Notes: generated by a model from the sequence alone, not told the origin. Positions 39,056-54,055 are shown, counted from the whole stretch's first letter. The stretch: 63,912 nucleotides of DNA, filler included, from Pirum gemmata (GCA_002812295.1; 29 parts of 29 records of this genome joined end to end with filler, not necessarily neighbours in it); one strand, 5' to 3'. Translations and numbers: made by a program.

Positions 39056-40008
39056 AAAATAAAAATAATGCAGATCAAACTAACAAAAGTGAAGATACTA
39101 AGGTGGATACCTCAATGATATGCAAGGTTGAATGCTTAAATATAGAAATTGAAAAAATTGAAAAAAGATCTTCAAAACTAAAATTTTATGTGGATGACTT
39201 TAACAAAGCTCAAACCGATTCTAACGAAGCCATTGTCATGGCCACTGGTCCTACTATGGCGTTACGTAGCCCATCCTCTTTACCTACGACATTTGATAGG
39301 GATACCACTATGGAAAAACTGACCACCTCAATACAAATAGAAAATGATAAACAACAAATATTGGTAAAAGAAGTTGAAAATGTTGAAACACACTTGGCAT
39401 TATCTAAAAACAACATTTTTGGTTCTGTCCTTTCAGTAGAACTAGAAAAATGGACAGAGAAAAAATTGAAAATTAAAAAATTGTGCCAGATCATAACTTA
39501 CTTGATAGAATTGAAAGAGTTTAAAACTACTGGTTATGCAGGTCAATATCAAAGTTTATGTGAATTAACGAAAAGTGATGAAAAAAAGAAAAAACTAACA
39601 CAAGAAATAAAAACTTTGGAGGTTACACTTTTAACTTTTGCAAACGATCGTTCTCTTGTTAATATGCTAGAAGAGAAAATGGAGACTCTCAAACAGCAAC
39701 TTACGTTATTAGATAAACAGTCTAAAGCACAAGATACGGCAACAGTACCATTATCAACCTTTGTGTCCAGGCGTAAAACTTTACTCAATATGATTAAAAA
39801 GTTTTCACCGGAAAAACTTCTGGATATAGAATTTTTAAAAAATATTGGGTTAGGTTTGGGAAAAGAAGAATGTGTTTGTGATGATGATAAAGAAGAAGAA
39901 GAATGTGTTTGTGAAGAAGAAGAAGAAGATGATGATGATGAAGAAGAAGAAAGAAAAAGAAGAAAAAAAACGCAACCGAAGTCCAGAAAGAAACGGAAAA
40001 TAACCTAG
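39056..40008 (+). CDS. Coiled-coil protein with acidic/basic tail, probable last exon
   Basis: ~950-nt open frame after tttcaatag|; heptad-rich L/K/E content; NLS-like RKRRKK tail. The tail-coding segment is duplicated at ~40075-40135. Confidence 0.6.
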
Positions 40009-40298
40009 AAGAATCAGAAAAAGAAGAAGAAAAAGAATCAGAATCGGTGAAGAACAAGAAGAAGAAGAAGAAGAAGAGGAAAGAAAAAGAAGAAAAAAAA
40101 GCGACCGAAGTCAAGAAAGAAACGTAAAATAACCTTTTTATGACCTGAACCAAAAAGACAGTACAAGAAGAGACCTCAAACAAAAAGACAGAACCAGAAA
40201 AGGAACCCTCCAATGCAGGCTTTTAATTTGGAATTAAAAAAAAACGTGAAAGAGAGAACAAAACACTGCCCAGTCCATATTAAAATTTAAAATTAAAG

Positions 40299-40523
40299 CT
40301 ATGTATTATAAAGACTACGAATATCTTTCAATTTAAATTTCATTTGCACTTTTTTTTCATCTATTTCATAAGTAAGTTCCGTATCAACACACCCACAAAA
40401 TTCACAATTTAAAAGGTATTTCCGATATTGAGTGTTATACAGAGTCGTCATTAAGCGTTTAGATTTTTCATCTTTGAATACTAAATCTAAAATTTGATCA
40501 ATAGGATTTATCATTAATTTCAA
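40299..40523 (-). CDS. Small hypothetical protein with CxxC
   Basis: Non-repetitive 74-aa frame (MINPIDQILDLVFK...CEFCGC...), convergent with the coiled-coil gene. Confidence 0.3.
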   Translation of the reverse strand: MKLMINPIDQILDLVFKDEKSKRLMTTLYNTQYRKYLLNCEFCGCVDTELTYEIDEKKVQMKFKLKDIRSLYNT

Positions 40524-40939
40524 ATAATAATAAATTGATTTAAATTAAATAATTTTAATTTTATTGATAGTTACTTCATTTATAATAATTTATAAGTTAC
40601 AAAATTAATGAGCCCTAGTCAAATAAGTATACGGCCCTGATTAATTATAATAGTGAGGGTTAGGGTTAGGGTTAACGTTGTTGTAATTAAGGTTATGGTT
40701 TGGGTAATTGGAGTTAGGGTTAGTTATTTTGGTTTAGGGTTAGGGGGAGGACTAGAGTTAGGGTTAGAGTTGTTAATTCATGTTGTTGTTCTTGTTTTAT
40801 TTATTAAAATTATTATTATTATTATTATTATNNNNNNNNNNNNNNNNNNNNNNNNNNNNNNNNNNNNNNNNNNNNTTAATTAATTAANNNNNNNNNNNNN
40901 NNNNNNNNNNNNNNNNNNNNNNNNNNNNNNNTATTTAGT

Positions 40940-42770
40940 GTTATAGGGTTATAGGGTTATAGGGTTATAAATTAGGGTTAGGGTACGTGTACGTGGCACA
41001 TTAATAGACATAGAGCTAAAGGTTAATTAAGGTTTGGATATTAATACGTGGTCAGGGTAATTAGGGTTAGGGTAATTAGGGTTAAGGTAATTAGGGTTAG
41101 GGTATACGTACGATTAAGGTTATCTATAGAGTTAGAACTACTAGGGTTAGGGGTGGGGGTTAAGGGTTATGATTAAATTAGCTATATATTAATATATGGT
41201 TAATAATTAACATTTATTAATACTTGTTAGGGGCGTAATGTTCGAAATTCGTGTTAGGGTTAGGATTACTGATATCGATATTAATACAGGTTTATTCACA
41301 ATAATTTTTCTTCCTCGTTTTTGTTGTTTTCGCCATGATTTAAATTTAATACAGGAAATAACGTTAACATTGTTCAACTTTTTTTAAAAAAATAATTCGA
41401 GAAACAAGTACGTCTATTAATACTTTAAAAAAATATGAAAATTATATCGTTCGAAATGTTTCGACTAGAATACCAGCTGATTCCAAAATCTTTGATTAAA
41501 AAGATGGATAATGTGTTGATAATGTAACCTTACTAATGCATATTCTCGAACATCTTTTTTTTTTTGAACATTTGAAATATATAATTAATTGTATTAATAA
41601 GGTATATATATATATATATAATATACGTATACGTATGGCCTAATTATAAGGTAAGGGTTAGGGTTAGGGTTAGGGTTAGGGTTAGGGTTAGGGTTAGGGT
41701 TAGGGTTAGGGTTAGGCCTTAGGTTATAAAAATTAGGATAAATTATAATTAGCTTTAGGGTGGGCTATAAGGGTTAGTTAGGGTTAGGGTTAGGGTTAGG
41801 GTTAGGGTTAGGGTTAGGGTTAGGGTTAGGGTTAGGGTTATAAAATTTAATTACAATTAGGGTTAGCATTAATTTTAATTAATAAGTTTAAATTTATTGA
41901 GGGTTATAGGGGTAGGGTTTTAATTTTAATTAATATATAAATTTATTTAGGCCTAGGGTTAGGGTTATAATTAGGCCTGCTAGCTAGGGCTATAGGGTTA
42001 TATTTAGTTTAAGGGTTAGGGTTAGGGTTAGGGTTAGCTGTAGGGTTAGGGTTAGGGTTAGGGTTATAATTAGGGTTAGGGTTATATAGTTTTGGGTTAG
42101 GGTTAGGGTTAGGGTTAGGGTTAGGGTTAGGGTTAGCTATAGGGTTAGAGTTAGAGCTAGGGTTTAATAATGAATTATAATCAGGGTTATAATTAGGGTT
42201 AATGTTAGGGTTTGCGCAAAAAGTGTCTATATATATATAGGGTTAATGTTAGGCCTAGGGTTAGGGTTAGCTGTAGCTATAAGGGTTAGTTAGGGTTAGG
42301 GTTAGGGTTAGGGTTAGGGTTAGGGTTAGGGTTAGGGTCAGGGTCAGTACTAGTATATTAATACTAGTGTTAACGTTAACGTTATAATAGAGTTAGCTAT
42401 AGGGTTAACGTTATGGGTTAGGATTAATATAAGCTATGACTATAAGTTTAAGCTTATGGTTCGGGTTAGGCCTTAGGTTATAAAAATTAGGATAAATTAT
42501 AATTAGCTTTAGGGTTAGGGTTATAAGGGTTAGGGTTAGGATAAAATAGGATTAGGGTTATATTAGGATTATAATTAGGATTAGCATTAGGGTTAAGATT
42601 AGCGTTAGGATTATAATTATGATAGAATTATTAATAAGGTTATAATTAATTAGGATTAGGATTAGGATATTAGGATTAGGATTAGGATTAGGGTTAGGAT
42701 TAGGGTTAGGGTTAGGGTTAGGGTTAGGGTTAGAATTAGGATTAGGATTCTTAGAATAAGATTAGGGTTG
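40940..42770 (+). repeat. Long degenerate (TTAGGG)n region, interstitial or subtelomeric
   Basis: TTAGGG/TTAGGA units interrupted by short palindromes; non-TTAGGG core at ~41290-41600; segment GTTAGGCCTTAGGTTATAAAAATTAGGATAAATTATAATTAGCTTTAGGG duplicated (~41710, ~42465). Confidence 0.9.
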
Positions 42771-42920
42771 AAACGTTATCATAATATACACTTTATCATA
42801 ATTATTATTACATGAATAAANNNNNNNNNNNNNNNNNNNNNNNNNNNNNNNNNNNNNNNNNNNNTTAATTAATTAANNNNNNNNNNNNNNNNNNNNNNNN
42901 NNNNNNNNNNNNNNNNNNNN

Positions 42921-44671
<1,751 letters not shown>

Positions 44672-45159
44672 TTAAAAACTAGACTAAGTTTATATATTAA
44701 CATTTCTTTCTCATTATTATTATAATTGAATATAGGTTTCTTTCTCATTTTCATTATAATTGAATATAAGTAAAACGATAATAATAAAAATAATAATAAT
44801 AATAATANNNNNNNNNNNNNNNNNNNNNNNNNNNNNNNNNNNNNNNNNNNNTTAATTAATTAANNNNNNNNNNNNNNNNNNNNNNNNNNNNNNNNNNNNN
44901 NNNNNNNTATTATTATTATTATTATTATTATCATTATTATCAGATTTACTTTAGCTATTGTTTCGGAAGACAGCACTGTGTGTTACCATGAAGTTTATAA
45001 CCATTTACCAATTTTGGATATTAATTTTGAAAAACATAAAATAAAAACATAAAAAGTTTGTTTATTATTATTCGAACATATTTACTCCACTAAGTTGCAC
45101 GATTTTCGAATATGTTTGAAACATCGAGCCTTAGGTATGCTATTGGATGCCTTTTTTGC

Positions 45160-45710
45160 CTTTTATCTTACCGAATCCCAAAATTACTAAATTTATCATT
45201 TCGGACATGCCTTATCATGTCGGGCATGACTTTTCTCATTTAGAGCATCATTTGGAATATGCTCTTTATCAGTTAGACCATGCTTGTTATCATTTAGAGC
45301 ATGTTTTTTATCATTTAGAGATATTGATTAATTCGAGCAAAATTTGAAAAGGCAGAATATCATTATTGAATATTGGTTCTATTGATGGTGCATATGGGTC
45401 CGTTTTTAGTTGCCTTTTGTGACTTTTATCTAACCGAATCCCGAAATTACTAATTTTTTATCAGTTCGGACATGCCTTTTATCATATCAGACATGCCGTT
45501 TATCATTTTGGACATGAGTTTTATCATTTAGAGCATGACTTAACATTTAGAGCATGCTTATTATCATTTGGAGCATGCCTTTTATCATTTAGAATCATTT
45601 AGAGCTTGTCTTTATCATTTAGTGCATGTCTTTTATCATATATTGCATGTCTTTTATCATTTAGTGCATGTCTTCTATCATTTAGTGCATGTCTTTTATC
45701 ATTTAGCGCA
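45160..45710. repeat. 21-bp minisatellite in two duplicated blocks
   Basis: Unit TTTTATCATTTAGAGCATGYC; both blocks begin TTTTATCT.ACCGAATCCC.AAATTACTAA. Confidence 0.88.
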
Positions 45711-45936
45711 TTTAATTAATGCTCGGTACAGGTACTCATAAATTTTACTATAAGTAATTAACAATGTTCCATTGATTCAAGCTCAAATTTTGAACATAGC
45801 GATGACCCAAATTAATATGTTCGGATTAATTTTCTTTTAAGGATGTAAAAGTGGGAGATACTATAATTAAAAAGTAAAGTTTACTATTTTGTATTTACAA
45901 AAAGTGCAAAAACGTCAAAATACATAGACATCATAC

Positions 45937-46526
45937 TTAATCGCTATAGCAGCTTGTGTCACTGTCGTTTTCATCATCATTACAACTACTATCAGTTTTC
46001 TTTTTTGGACTGGGCCATACAAAACCACCGCGATGGTCACGACTACTACTATGGTTACTACGACTACGACTACGACTACGACTACGACTATGCTTCGATT
46101 TTTTAGTTCTTTTTGATTTAGAATACGAGTCGGATGGTTTTTTTCTTTTCCGCTTGGGCGATGGTTCCCGAGATGTGGACCTGGATCTAGAACTAGATCT
46201 AGAACTGGATCTGGATCTGGATCTGGACGAAGATATGGACGTAGATCTGGACGTAGATCTGGATTGATACTTGTATTGAGATTTGGATGACCTTGATGGT
46301 GGACGAGAACGCCTGCGCGTTCGAGTTGGTGAACGGGAACGGGTTTTGGAACGGGATTTAGATATACGACTAACACGCGGTTTCGATTTAGATCTAGATA
46401 TAGATCTAGATCTAGATCTAGATCGATTTTGTGATGAACTTGTTGATTGGGTTTGTTTCTGAAGTAATGATTTTATTTCTTTGTCGAATTCGGAAACTTC
46501 ATCATCAATATTCAGTTTTTTGTTGT
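45937..46526 (-). CDS. RS-domain (SR-related) protein, last exon
   Basis: ttgtag|(D)NKKLNIDDEVSEFDKEIKSLLQ...NRSRSRSRSISRSKS...SRSRSRSRSRS...SCYSD*; ~196 codons open in a frame the ORF track missed. Confidence 0.85.
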
Positions 46527-46652
46527 CTACAAATGAAAATAAATAAATAACATCAAGACTTAATCAATATTTAAAAATACAACAAGAACAAGAACAAAAA
46601 CAACAACCGTACTATTAACTGAGACAATACTACAGCTAATATTATAAACAAA

Positions 46653-46687
<35 letters not shown>

Positions 46688-46851
46688 TTATTATTATATT
46701 TATTATTATCATATTTATTATTTATTAATTTATTATTATTTATTATTATTTNNNNNNNNNNNNNNNNNNNNNNNNNNNNNNNNNNNNNNNNNNNNTTAAT
46801 TAATTAANNNNNNNNNNNNNNNNNNNNNNNNNNNNNNNNNNNNNNNNNNNN

Positions 46852-46882
<31 letters not shown>

Positions 46883-47269
46883 GAAATAGACTACTACTAG
46901 CTAGTAGGAATACAGAATACTAGCTAGACTAGGCAGACTAGCTAGTGAATAATAATAATTTTTTTTTATTTTTTTTTATTTATGATATAATTAAATGATA
47001 ATAATAATAATAATAATAAAACCAAAAACTATATAACCTTGGGTGCAAGTGAGAACCTAAAAAAAATTAACATAAAAAAATTATGTGCATATATTGTAAT
47101 AAATAAATATCATAATATGAGGTTTCATTTTTTTCTTAGTTTAAAATTAATTATCATATAATAAATTATAAGCAATGAATAATAAATAACAAATAACAAA
47201 TAACAAATAATGAATACGATTTTTTCTTTTTTAAAACAAACCTTATAATTAATTAAAAAGTATTATTAA

Positions 47270-47300
<31 letters not shown>

Positions 47301-47327
47301 GTAAAAAAAAAACAAAAAAAACCAAAA

Positions 47328-48401
47328 ATGGATACAGCTAATATGAAAAGTTTTTTATTAAACGATCGGGCTTGTAAGTGCGAGTTTGAAGGTTGTAATA
47401 GAAGCTATTCAACTCCGCATTCTCGACGACAACATTACAGACGTCACCACCACGGCGAACTTTTACCGGGCCGAAAAGTAGCCTGTGGTATGCGAAAAAA
47501 GAGAAAAACAAATAAACAGGAGACCCAATACACTTCTAATTTTACAAATAAAACTGTAGACCTTGGGAAAAAAGTTGTTTCTGATAATGGTGCTCTTGTT
47601 TCCGTAGCTAGTATTAAAGAAGAGTTAAAACGCAGGGTGTCCCACAAAGAAATATTTCCTCCAACTTCGAATTCAACAACAAACATAGGGTTAGGATTAT
47701 ATTACCAAGTCAAAAAAGAACAGCCACCTTTGGCTAGGGCTTCTTCATTTCCAGATATGTACACCATTTCTGGTAACAATCATTTATCACAAACTTCTTG
47801 TTATTTTTCTCCTAGTTTAAGTTGTCCTTCTAGTCCAGTTAATACACTTGTTGAACAACTTTCGACACCACCTATCTTTAATAGCAATAGTAACAATAAC
47901 AACAATAATAATAACGCAAACGCTCATACAGTTTATAACTACCATAATACTTATAATAGTGCTATAACAAATGACAATGTTTATAACAACTATCAGCAAA
48001 TCCAAAAACTACATGACCATCAAATTAGACAACAGCAGCATTTGGAACAACAACAACAACAGCAACAACAACAACAACAACAACAGCAGCAACAGCAGCA
48101 ATTGGAACGAATGCAACACCTACAGAAACAACATCAACGTCAGCGCTCTTACAGTATAGACAGAAATATTAGCACTGGAAATCCAAGTAATATTCAAAAT
48201 AGTTCAGATATGATAAATACAATGTTTGGTGATATTAACAACAATAATAATCGAAATAGCAACCATTATAATACCCCCACGTACACCCAGATTAGCCCAC
48301 TATACCAATATCAAACAAACTCACCACCTCATAGCAATGCCAATGTGTTGGATACCAATACTCCAGTCTTAACCTTCCCTCCAGCTACGCTGGCTTGTTA
48401 A
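47328..48401 (+). CDS. C2H2 zinc-finger transcription factor-like protein
   Basis: CEFEGCNRSYSTPHSRRQHYRRHH finger, basic RKKRK motif, N/Q-rich region; A-rich start context. Confidence 0.85.
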   Translation: MDTANMKSFLLNDRACKCEFEGCNRSYSTPHSRRQHYRRHHHGELLPGRKVACGMRKKRKTNKQETQYTSNFTNKTVDLGKKVVSDNGALVSVASIKEELKRRVSHKEIFPPTSNSTTNIGLGLYYQVKKEQPPLARASSFPDMYTISGNNHLSQTSCYFSPSLSCPSSPVNTLVEQLSTPPIFNSNSNNNNNNNNANAHTVYNYHNTYNSAITNDNVYNNYQQIQKLHDHQIRQQQHLEQQQQQQQQQQQQQQQQQQLERMQHLQKQHQRQRSYSIDRNISTGNPSNIQNSSDMINTMFGDINNNNNRNSNHYNTPTYTQISPLYQYQTNSPPHSNANVLDTNTPVLTFPPATLAC

Positions 48402-48991
48402 TAATAATAATAATAATAATATTAATAATAATATAATATTATTAAAATGTTATCTACCCCCCTCCACATACATTCTCACCTTGTAATAATAATATGAGAA
48501 TGGGAAGTAAATGAAATTAAAGCACTTTTGTAAAGATGTACAGACACAAATAAAAATTGAAAATACTTGTATTATTATAATATACTATAACACCTCTCCA
48601 TATTAACTTCATGCCTATTATTATTATTATTATTATTATTGGTTTTATTTATTATTTATTAATATTTATTATTTATTAATATTTATTATTTATTATTTAT
48701 TATCATTTANNNNNNNNNNNNNNNNNNNNNNNNNNNNNNNNNNNNNNNNNNNNTTAATTAATTAANNNNNNNNNNNNNNNNNNNNNNNNNNNNNNNNNNN
48801 NNNNNNNNNATACTGATACTGATACTGATACTGATACTGATACTGATACTGATACTGATACTGATACTGATACTTATACTTACACTGATATCTGATACTG
48901 TACTGATACTGATAATATGATAATATGATAATGGATGGTTGTTTTTGTAGAGTATTTAACGGACTGGTGAATTAGGTGAAAATGAACTAAC

Positions 48992-49057
48992 CGAAACAGA
49001 GCCTTGAAAGCTTAACAGTGTTACCACCAAAAATAGCAGCACTTTCAACAAGTTCAT
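48992..49057 (-). CDS. Probable signal-peptide first exon
   Basis: MNLLKVLLFLVVTLLSFQGSVS|gttagt, followed downstream by a (TATCAG)n tract. Confidence 0.45.
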
Positions 49058-49346
49058 TATGATAATGTAATTTATTAGAAGATTTTTAATAAAACAAAAG
49101 GGTAAAAAACACAAGAAAAAAACTAAAACTGTATTTACAAAGTAATAAACAATGTAGCTAACTATGAAATATGATACCTAAGTGTATAGAAAAAATTAAT
49201 GTTATAGTTATAATATCTGGTTATATGATTATCGGTTTTGTATGATCGACCTACTTAAAAATGCTTGTCGGTTGATAATAATAAATTATTTCTATTGTTA
49301 TTATTAGTGTTTTTGTTCATAAATAACAAGATTGTTTTACTTTTTT

Positions 49347-49405
<59 letters not shown>

Positions 49406-51647
49406 CAGTTTTTCTCAGCCTAACTAGACTATTACTCAACTTTTTTTTGTGTAGCTTTCAAGCGGAGGGTGGTGAACTTTTTAAAAGTTGAATAATTACA
49501 TCATAAACTTATAACTACGCAATTATAGCTTCATTTTAACTAGTATATGTCGTAATTATATTACTGAAATGTCAACTTACCAATATTATGACGCAATATT
49601 TAAAGTTTTCTCCTCTTCCCTTTTTTATTCTTAGCTAATACGAATACGTATAGTCTAGCTACTACTAGCTAGCTAGCTAGCCTGGCTAGCTAGCTCTGCA
49701 CATTCAACTTTTTCTTTTACAACATTTTATATGACGTAGTAGACCAAAGCTGAATACTGTTGAGAGAAAAGTTTGATCGATTTTTAAGAGTAATACATAA
49801 TCAAACTATAAAATATTTATACAGTTTGAAAAAAATTTAACACCTATTGAGCCTAGCAATCCCTAAGCAAGGCGAGTTAATATTTTAAAATACTATATTA
49901 GGATTTGCATTGTTTTCTACTAAAGCACCGCAGTCCGCAGAAACCAGTCAGAAACCTAACTGCCTTTAGCGACCGACTTCTCTATTCGTCAGATTTTTTT
50001 TGGTTTTGGTTTTTCTTGAAAGGATAAATGCATTTGATATGACGTAACGATTGAGCTTGAAAAGGGCAAATGATGACGCTTAGATGACGTTTAAAAAGTA
50101 TCATAATAAAAACCCACCACAAAATCTAAGACTTTTACAAATTTTGGAGTGGGTTTTTTTACTTGGCCCTTTCAACAAATATCAAGTTACGTCAATATTT
50201 TAAAAAATGACGGAAATTTATTATTATTATTATTTTTAGTCTTCCATGAGTCTTCCATGGATGGGTTTACTTCGAGAAGTGACGTCAATAATGGATGTTG
50301 GTTTTTGTTGTCGTATATAATGACGCAACTTTATTTTTATTACGTCATAGATTATTTGTGAATTTTTTACTTTTTTTTACCAAGTCTAAATAAACACACT
50401 AGTCTATAATAAACTATTATAATATTATAATAAACTGTGTTCAGTGCCAAGTCTAAATAAACACCCTATAATAAACTATCATAATAGCTATCATAATATT
50501 GTAATAAACTGTGTTCAGTGCCACGTTCAGTGAACTGTTCAGTGGCACTGTTTGTTCAAACTGTAAACAACCGGCCAAATCATATAAATCAAAATTCTCC
50601 AAAATTCATTTTTTTTCAAACGGATTGAACAATCCCTGACTTTTCCTGACTTTTTTATATATCAATACAACTATTAGCTAAAAAGTATTATCATTCNNNN
50701 NNNNNNNNNNNNNNNNNNNNNNNNNNNNNNNNNNNNNNNNTTAATTAATTAANNNNNNNNNNNNNNNNNNNNNNNNNNNNNNNNNNNNNNNNNNNNACAC
50801 TATAAATACTAGCAATAAATAATATCGTGCTTTTCATTTATTTTGTCACTCTAAATATTTATTTGGAGGGTTATAATCTTTAAATTAAAATTTTTAAATC
50901 AATACAATGTCATAGACAATAAAATATACTAAAATATATCAAATGGATTTATATTGTATTTATTTGGTACTATTTATTGTACAAAGCACTATAATAAAAA
51001 ATTTTAAATGTGATGTCATTATTTGTCTTCAGATATTACTTGTCTATTTATTGATTTCCTGACTTTATTTATTACAATAAAAATGAGATTTATGCTAATC
51101 GGATAAAACTAGCTAGGTCTAGAAATCAATTTTTTTTTACTTTCTAAAAACCTTTTTTTAAAAAATTAATGTTAAAAAATAACTAGCCAAATTATTTTTA
51201 AAAACTAGCCATTGGTTTATAATAGTTTTTAGTTTCTCTTGCTTCTGTTATTGGATGTTAGGGACTGTTAGGGGCAAATTGGGGTTGAGGTTGGGGTTAG
51301 GTGCTGGTTAGGGTTAATAATAATAATAATAATTACAATAATAATAATAATAATAATAATAAAATTTCATTTAAGGTGAAGGCTATGGTTATGGTCAGGG
51401 TCAGGGTCAGGGTCAGGGTCAGGGTCAAGGTTAAGGTTAAGGTTAAGGTTAAGGTTAAGGTTAGGGTTAGGGTTAGGGTTAAGGTTAAGGTTAAGGTTAG
51501 GGGTTAGGGTTAAGGTTGAGGTTAGGGTTGGCGTTAAGGTTAGGGTAAGCTTAACGTTAGAAATTATTGCTTATTATCATTGCAGTTTAGTTTGTTTTAT
51601 TAATAGTCTTACATTTTGCTAACTGCCCTTGTTTCTATTTTCCATAT

Positions 51648-51686
<39 letters not shown>

Positions 51687-51706
51687 NNNNNNNNNNNNNN
51701 NNNNNN

Positions 51707-51745
<39 letters not shown>

Positions 51746-51927
51746 TATATGTAATAATACCGGTATTACATTGGAAAATATTTTATACAATTTGTAAATT
51801 AAAATTAGAATAAGTTTTAAAAGATATTAAATTGGAATATATTTTATTTTTTAAAAAAGAATAATTAAACAGATAAGTGGGCAGTATTGTTTACATATTA
51901 TTGGAAAGTTTGAAGTAACCATTAAAA

Positions 51928-53127
51928 TTAGAAAATATAACTCGAAACAGCTAACACAGTTAACAAAACTGAAGATGAAACTACTGCATTTGCATTATTA
52001 TTTACAGCTGGTAGCGCTGGATCCAAATTAGAGTTAACACCAACAGAAATCGCTTTGTAACCTCCATCACTTTGTATAATAGTTTGACCAGAACGACGGA
52101 TTCTAGTGTTAATTTTATTCGCTAAACTAGCCAAGTTGTGATGGACGCTTTCGATTTTATCAAACACAGCACGAGCATTTCTAAGCCCAGTAGTGACCTC
52201 GTTCATTTCCGTTGTTGACCTCCGAGTTACACCACCCAGCGATGAAAACAATTTCTGCAGATCTTCAGCGGTAGAAATTTTGCTAAGGTCATGATTACCA
52301 AACACAGAACGCATTTGTGAACATTGCTCCCCAGTTAATTCGCCTAAAGGATTGGTTCCCATTCCTTCAAACCCAGCAGTCAAACTACTCATATCACCCA
52401 TATCAAATTGGTTGGGGTTAACACGAAGTACACCAGTCAACATTATATCGCATATTTGAGCTTTATCAATTTTTACAATAGATAAACTTGGTACTTGTGT
52501 TTCAGATAATTGTTTTGCAGAATTCATGATGTCGTCGAATAAAGTATAAAAACTGTTGAACATAGGCTCACAAGCAGCTACGAATTGCGGACATTGATCA
52601 CTGTTTAAGTTTACACCTATTTTACTATTAACATCATATAGATTCATGTTTCCATTATTACAAGCAAAGCAACTCATACCAGCAATATATTCCAAAGTAA
52701 CCTTCGAGCATTTTGCGACGTCATTAGGATGTTCGCTCAAGAATTTTACCAAAGGATCTTGTAAAGCAAACACTTTTTGAAAATATGGAGATTGACTCAA
52801 ACCAAGGCAGTCACCCATTGATTTTAGTACGTCTGTAATTTGTTTGAATGTTGTTTTGATAGCTTCTGCATCTTTCAATAATTTAGTACGGTAATTGATT
52901 GTTCCTTGTTTAATGTCATCGAATTGAGAGGTTAATGTGTTTACATCGGACTCTGTACAGCACGTGGAAGTAATATCAGGACACATTGCTAATAAATTTG
53001 CTGGAACAGCATTTGTGTTTTCAACCGAGTTCGGAAGAGCTAATTTCATAAACGGATTACATTGTTGTGCACTAACATGTGCAGTTAATAAAGTGGCGTA
53101 GGCCAAGGTATTAGTTTGAAATTTCAT
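51928..53127 (-). CDS. Secreted, probably GPI-anchored Cys-rich protein (folate-receptor/FZ-like Cys pattern)
   Basis: Signal peptide; C..CP....TCC...C...CFAC...C..F..AC spacing; hydrophobic C-terminal tail; intronless, 399 aa. Confidence 0.8.
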   Translation of the reverse strand: MKFQTNTLAYATLLTAHVSAQQCNPFMKLALPNSVENTNAVPANLLAMCPDITSTCCTESDVNTLTSQFDDIKQGTINYRTKLLKDAEAIKTTFKQITDVLKSMGDCLGLSQSPYFQKVFALQDPLVKFLSEHPNDVAKCSKVTLEYIAGMSCFACNNGNMNLYDVNSKIGVNLNSDQCPQFVAACEPMFNSFYTLFDDIMNSAKQLSETQVPSLSIVKIDKAQICDIMLTGVLRVNPNQFDMGDMSSLTAGFEGMGTNPLGELTGEQCSQMRSVFGNHDLSKISTAEDLQKLFSSLGGVTRRSTTEMNEVTTGLRNARAVFDKIESVHHNLASLANKINTRIRRSGQTIIQSDGGYKAISVGVNSNLDPALPAVNNNANAVVSSSVLLTVLAVSSYIF

Positions 53128-53217
53128 CTTACAAAAATTTTATAATTAGCTATAGGAATATTTTCAATTTTAGTTCAATTTTATTCTTTTTTTTTGCAAA
53201 ATAAAAGTGACTTTTTA

Positions 53218-53254
<37 letters not shown>

Positions 53255-53907
53255 TAATTTTTTATTTTTATTTTATTTTTTTTCAATACTTTGTTTTTTA
53301 TTATAGTAATTTACATATTATTATTATTTTATTATTTGTTGACCAGTAGTTTTTATTGAAGCCTAAATTTATCAATAATAATAAAATATAATAATAATAT
53401 GATATGGTGTAGTACGCCTAACATTTACCAACTTTTGAAAAGTGGCCAAATTTTTTCTGACGACTCGAACATTTCAAACATACTAAGTTTTTATATTCGA
53501 AATAGGATATTATTATTACTATGTCCCAAAAAGTTGGCAATGCACCATAATAATAAAAAAAAAATTAATTTTTAAAAAAAAAAATTATTATTNNNNNNNN
53601 NNNNNNNNNNNNNNNNNNNNNNNNNNNNNNNNNNNNTTAATTAATTAANNNNNNNNNNNNNNNNNNNNNNNNNNNNNNNNNNNNNNNNNNNNAAAATATA
53701 CCAAATTAAATTAAATGGATTTATAATGTATTAATTTGGTACTATTTATGACGACAAAATAACTGAAAAGCACGATAAACCAAGTACTGTAAATTAAAAA
53801 GTAGTGTAAAGAGTGTGTAAAGTTGTAAACAGTTATCTAATCCTCCAAAAGCACAGCTAGCTAGCTAGCTAGTAGAGGGTCATCAGACAACAGACTCTAC
53901 ACAGTAT

Positions 53908-54055
53908 GGGAGTGTTCAAATAATACGTCACGTCAAGGGGTAGGTAGGTAGGTGGTATTTGACCGGAATTCAACGTCGAGGGGTAGGTAGGTTGGGGTAT
54001 TTGAAGCTGTTGTATTTGGCTGGAAATTGGCGTTACGTAGTATTTGAACGCTCCC
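53908..54055 (+). mobile_element. PIF/Harbinger-like MITE family C, copy 3 with 3-bp TSD
   Basis: TAT|GGGAGTGTTCAAATAATACGT...ACGTAGTATTTGAACGCTCCC|TAT. A fourth, partial copy lies at ~59915-60030. Confidence 0.9.

Noticed and set aside
45915..46376. ORF-track 153-aa (DP-rich) and 103-aa (LD-rich) ORFs
   Set aside because: Alternative frames of the RS-domain exon 46526-45937.
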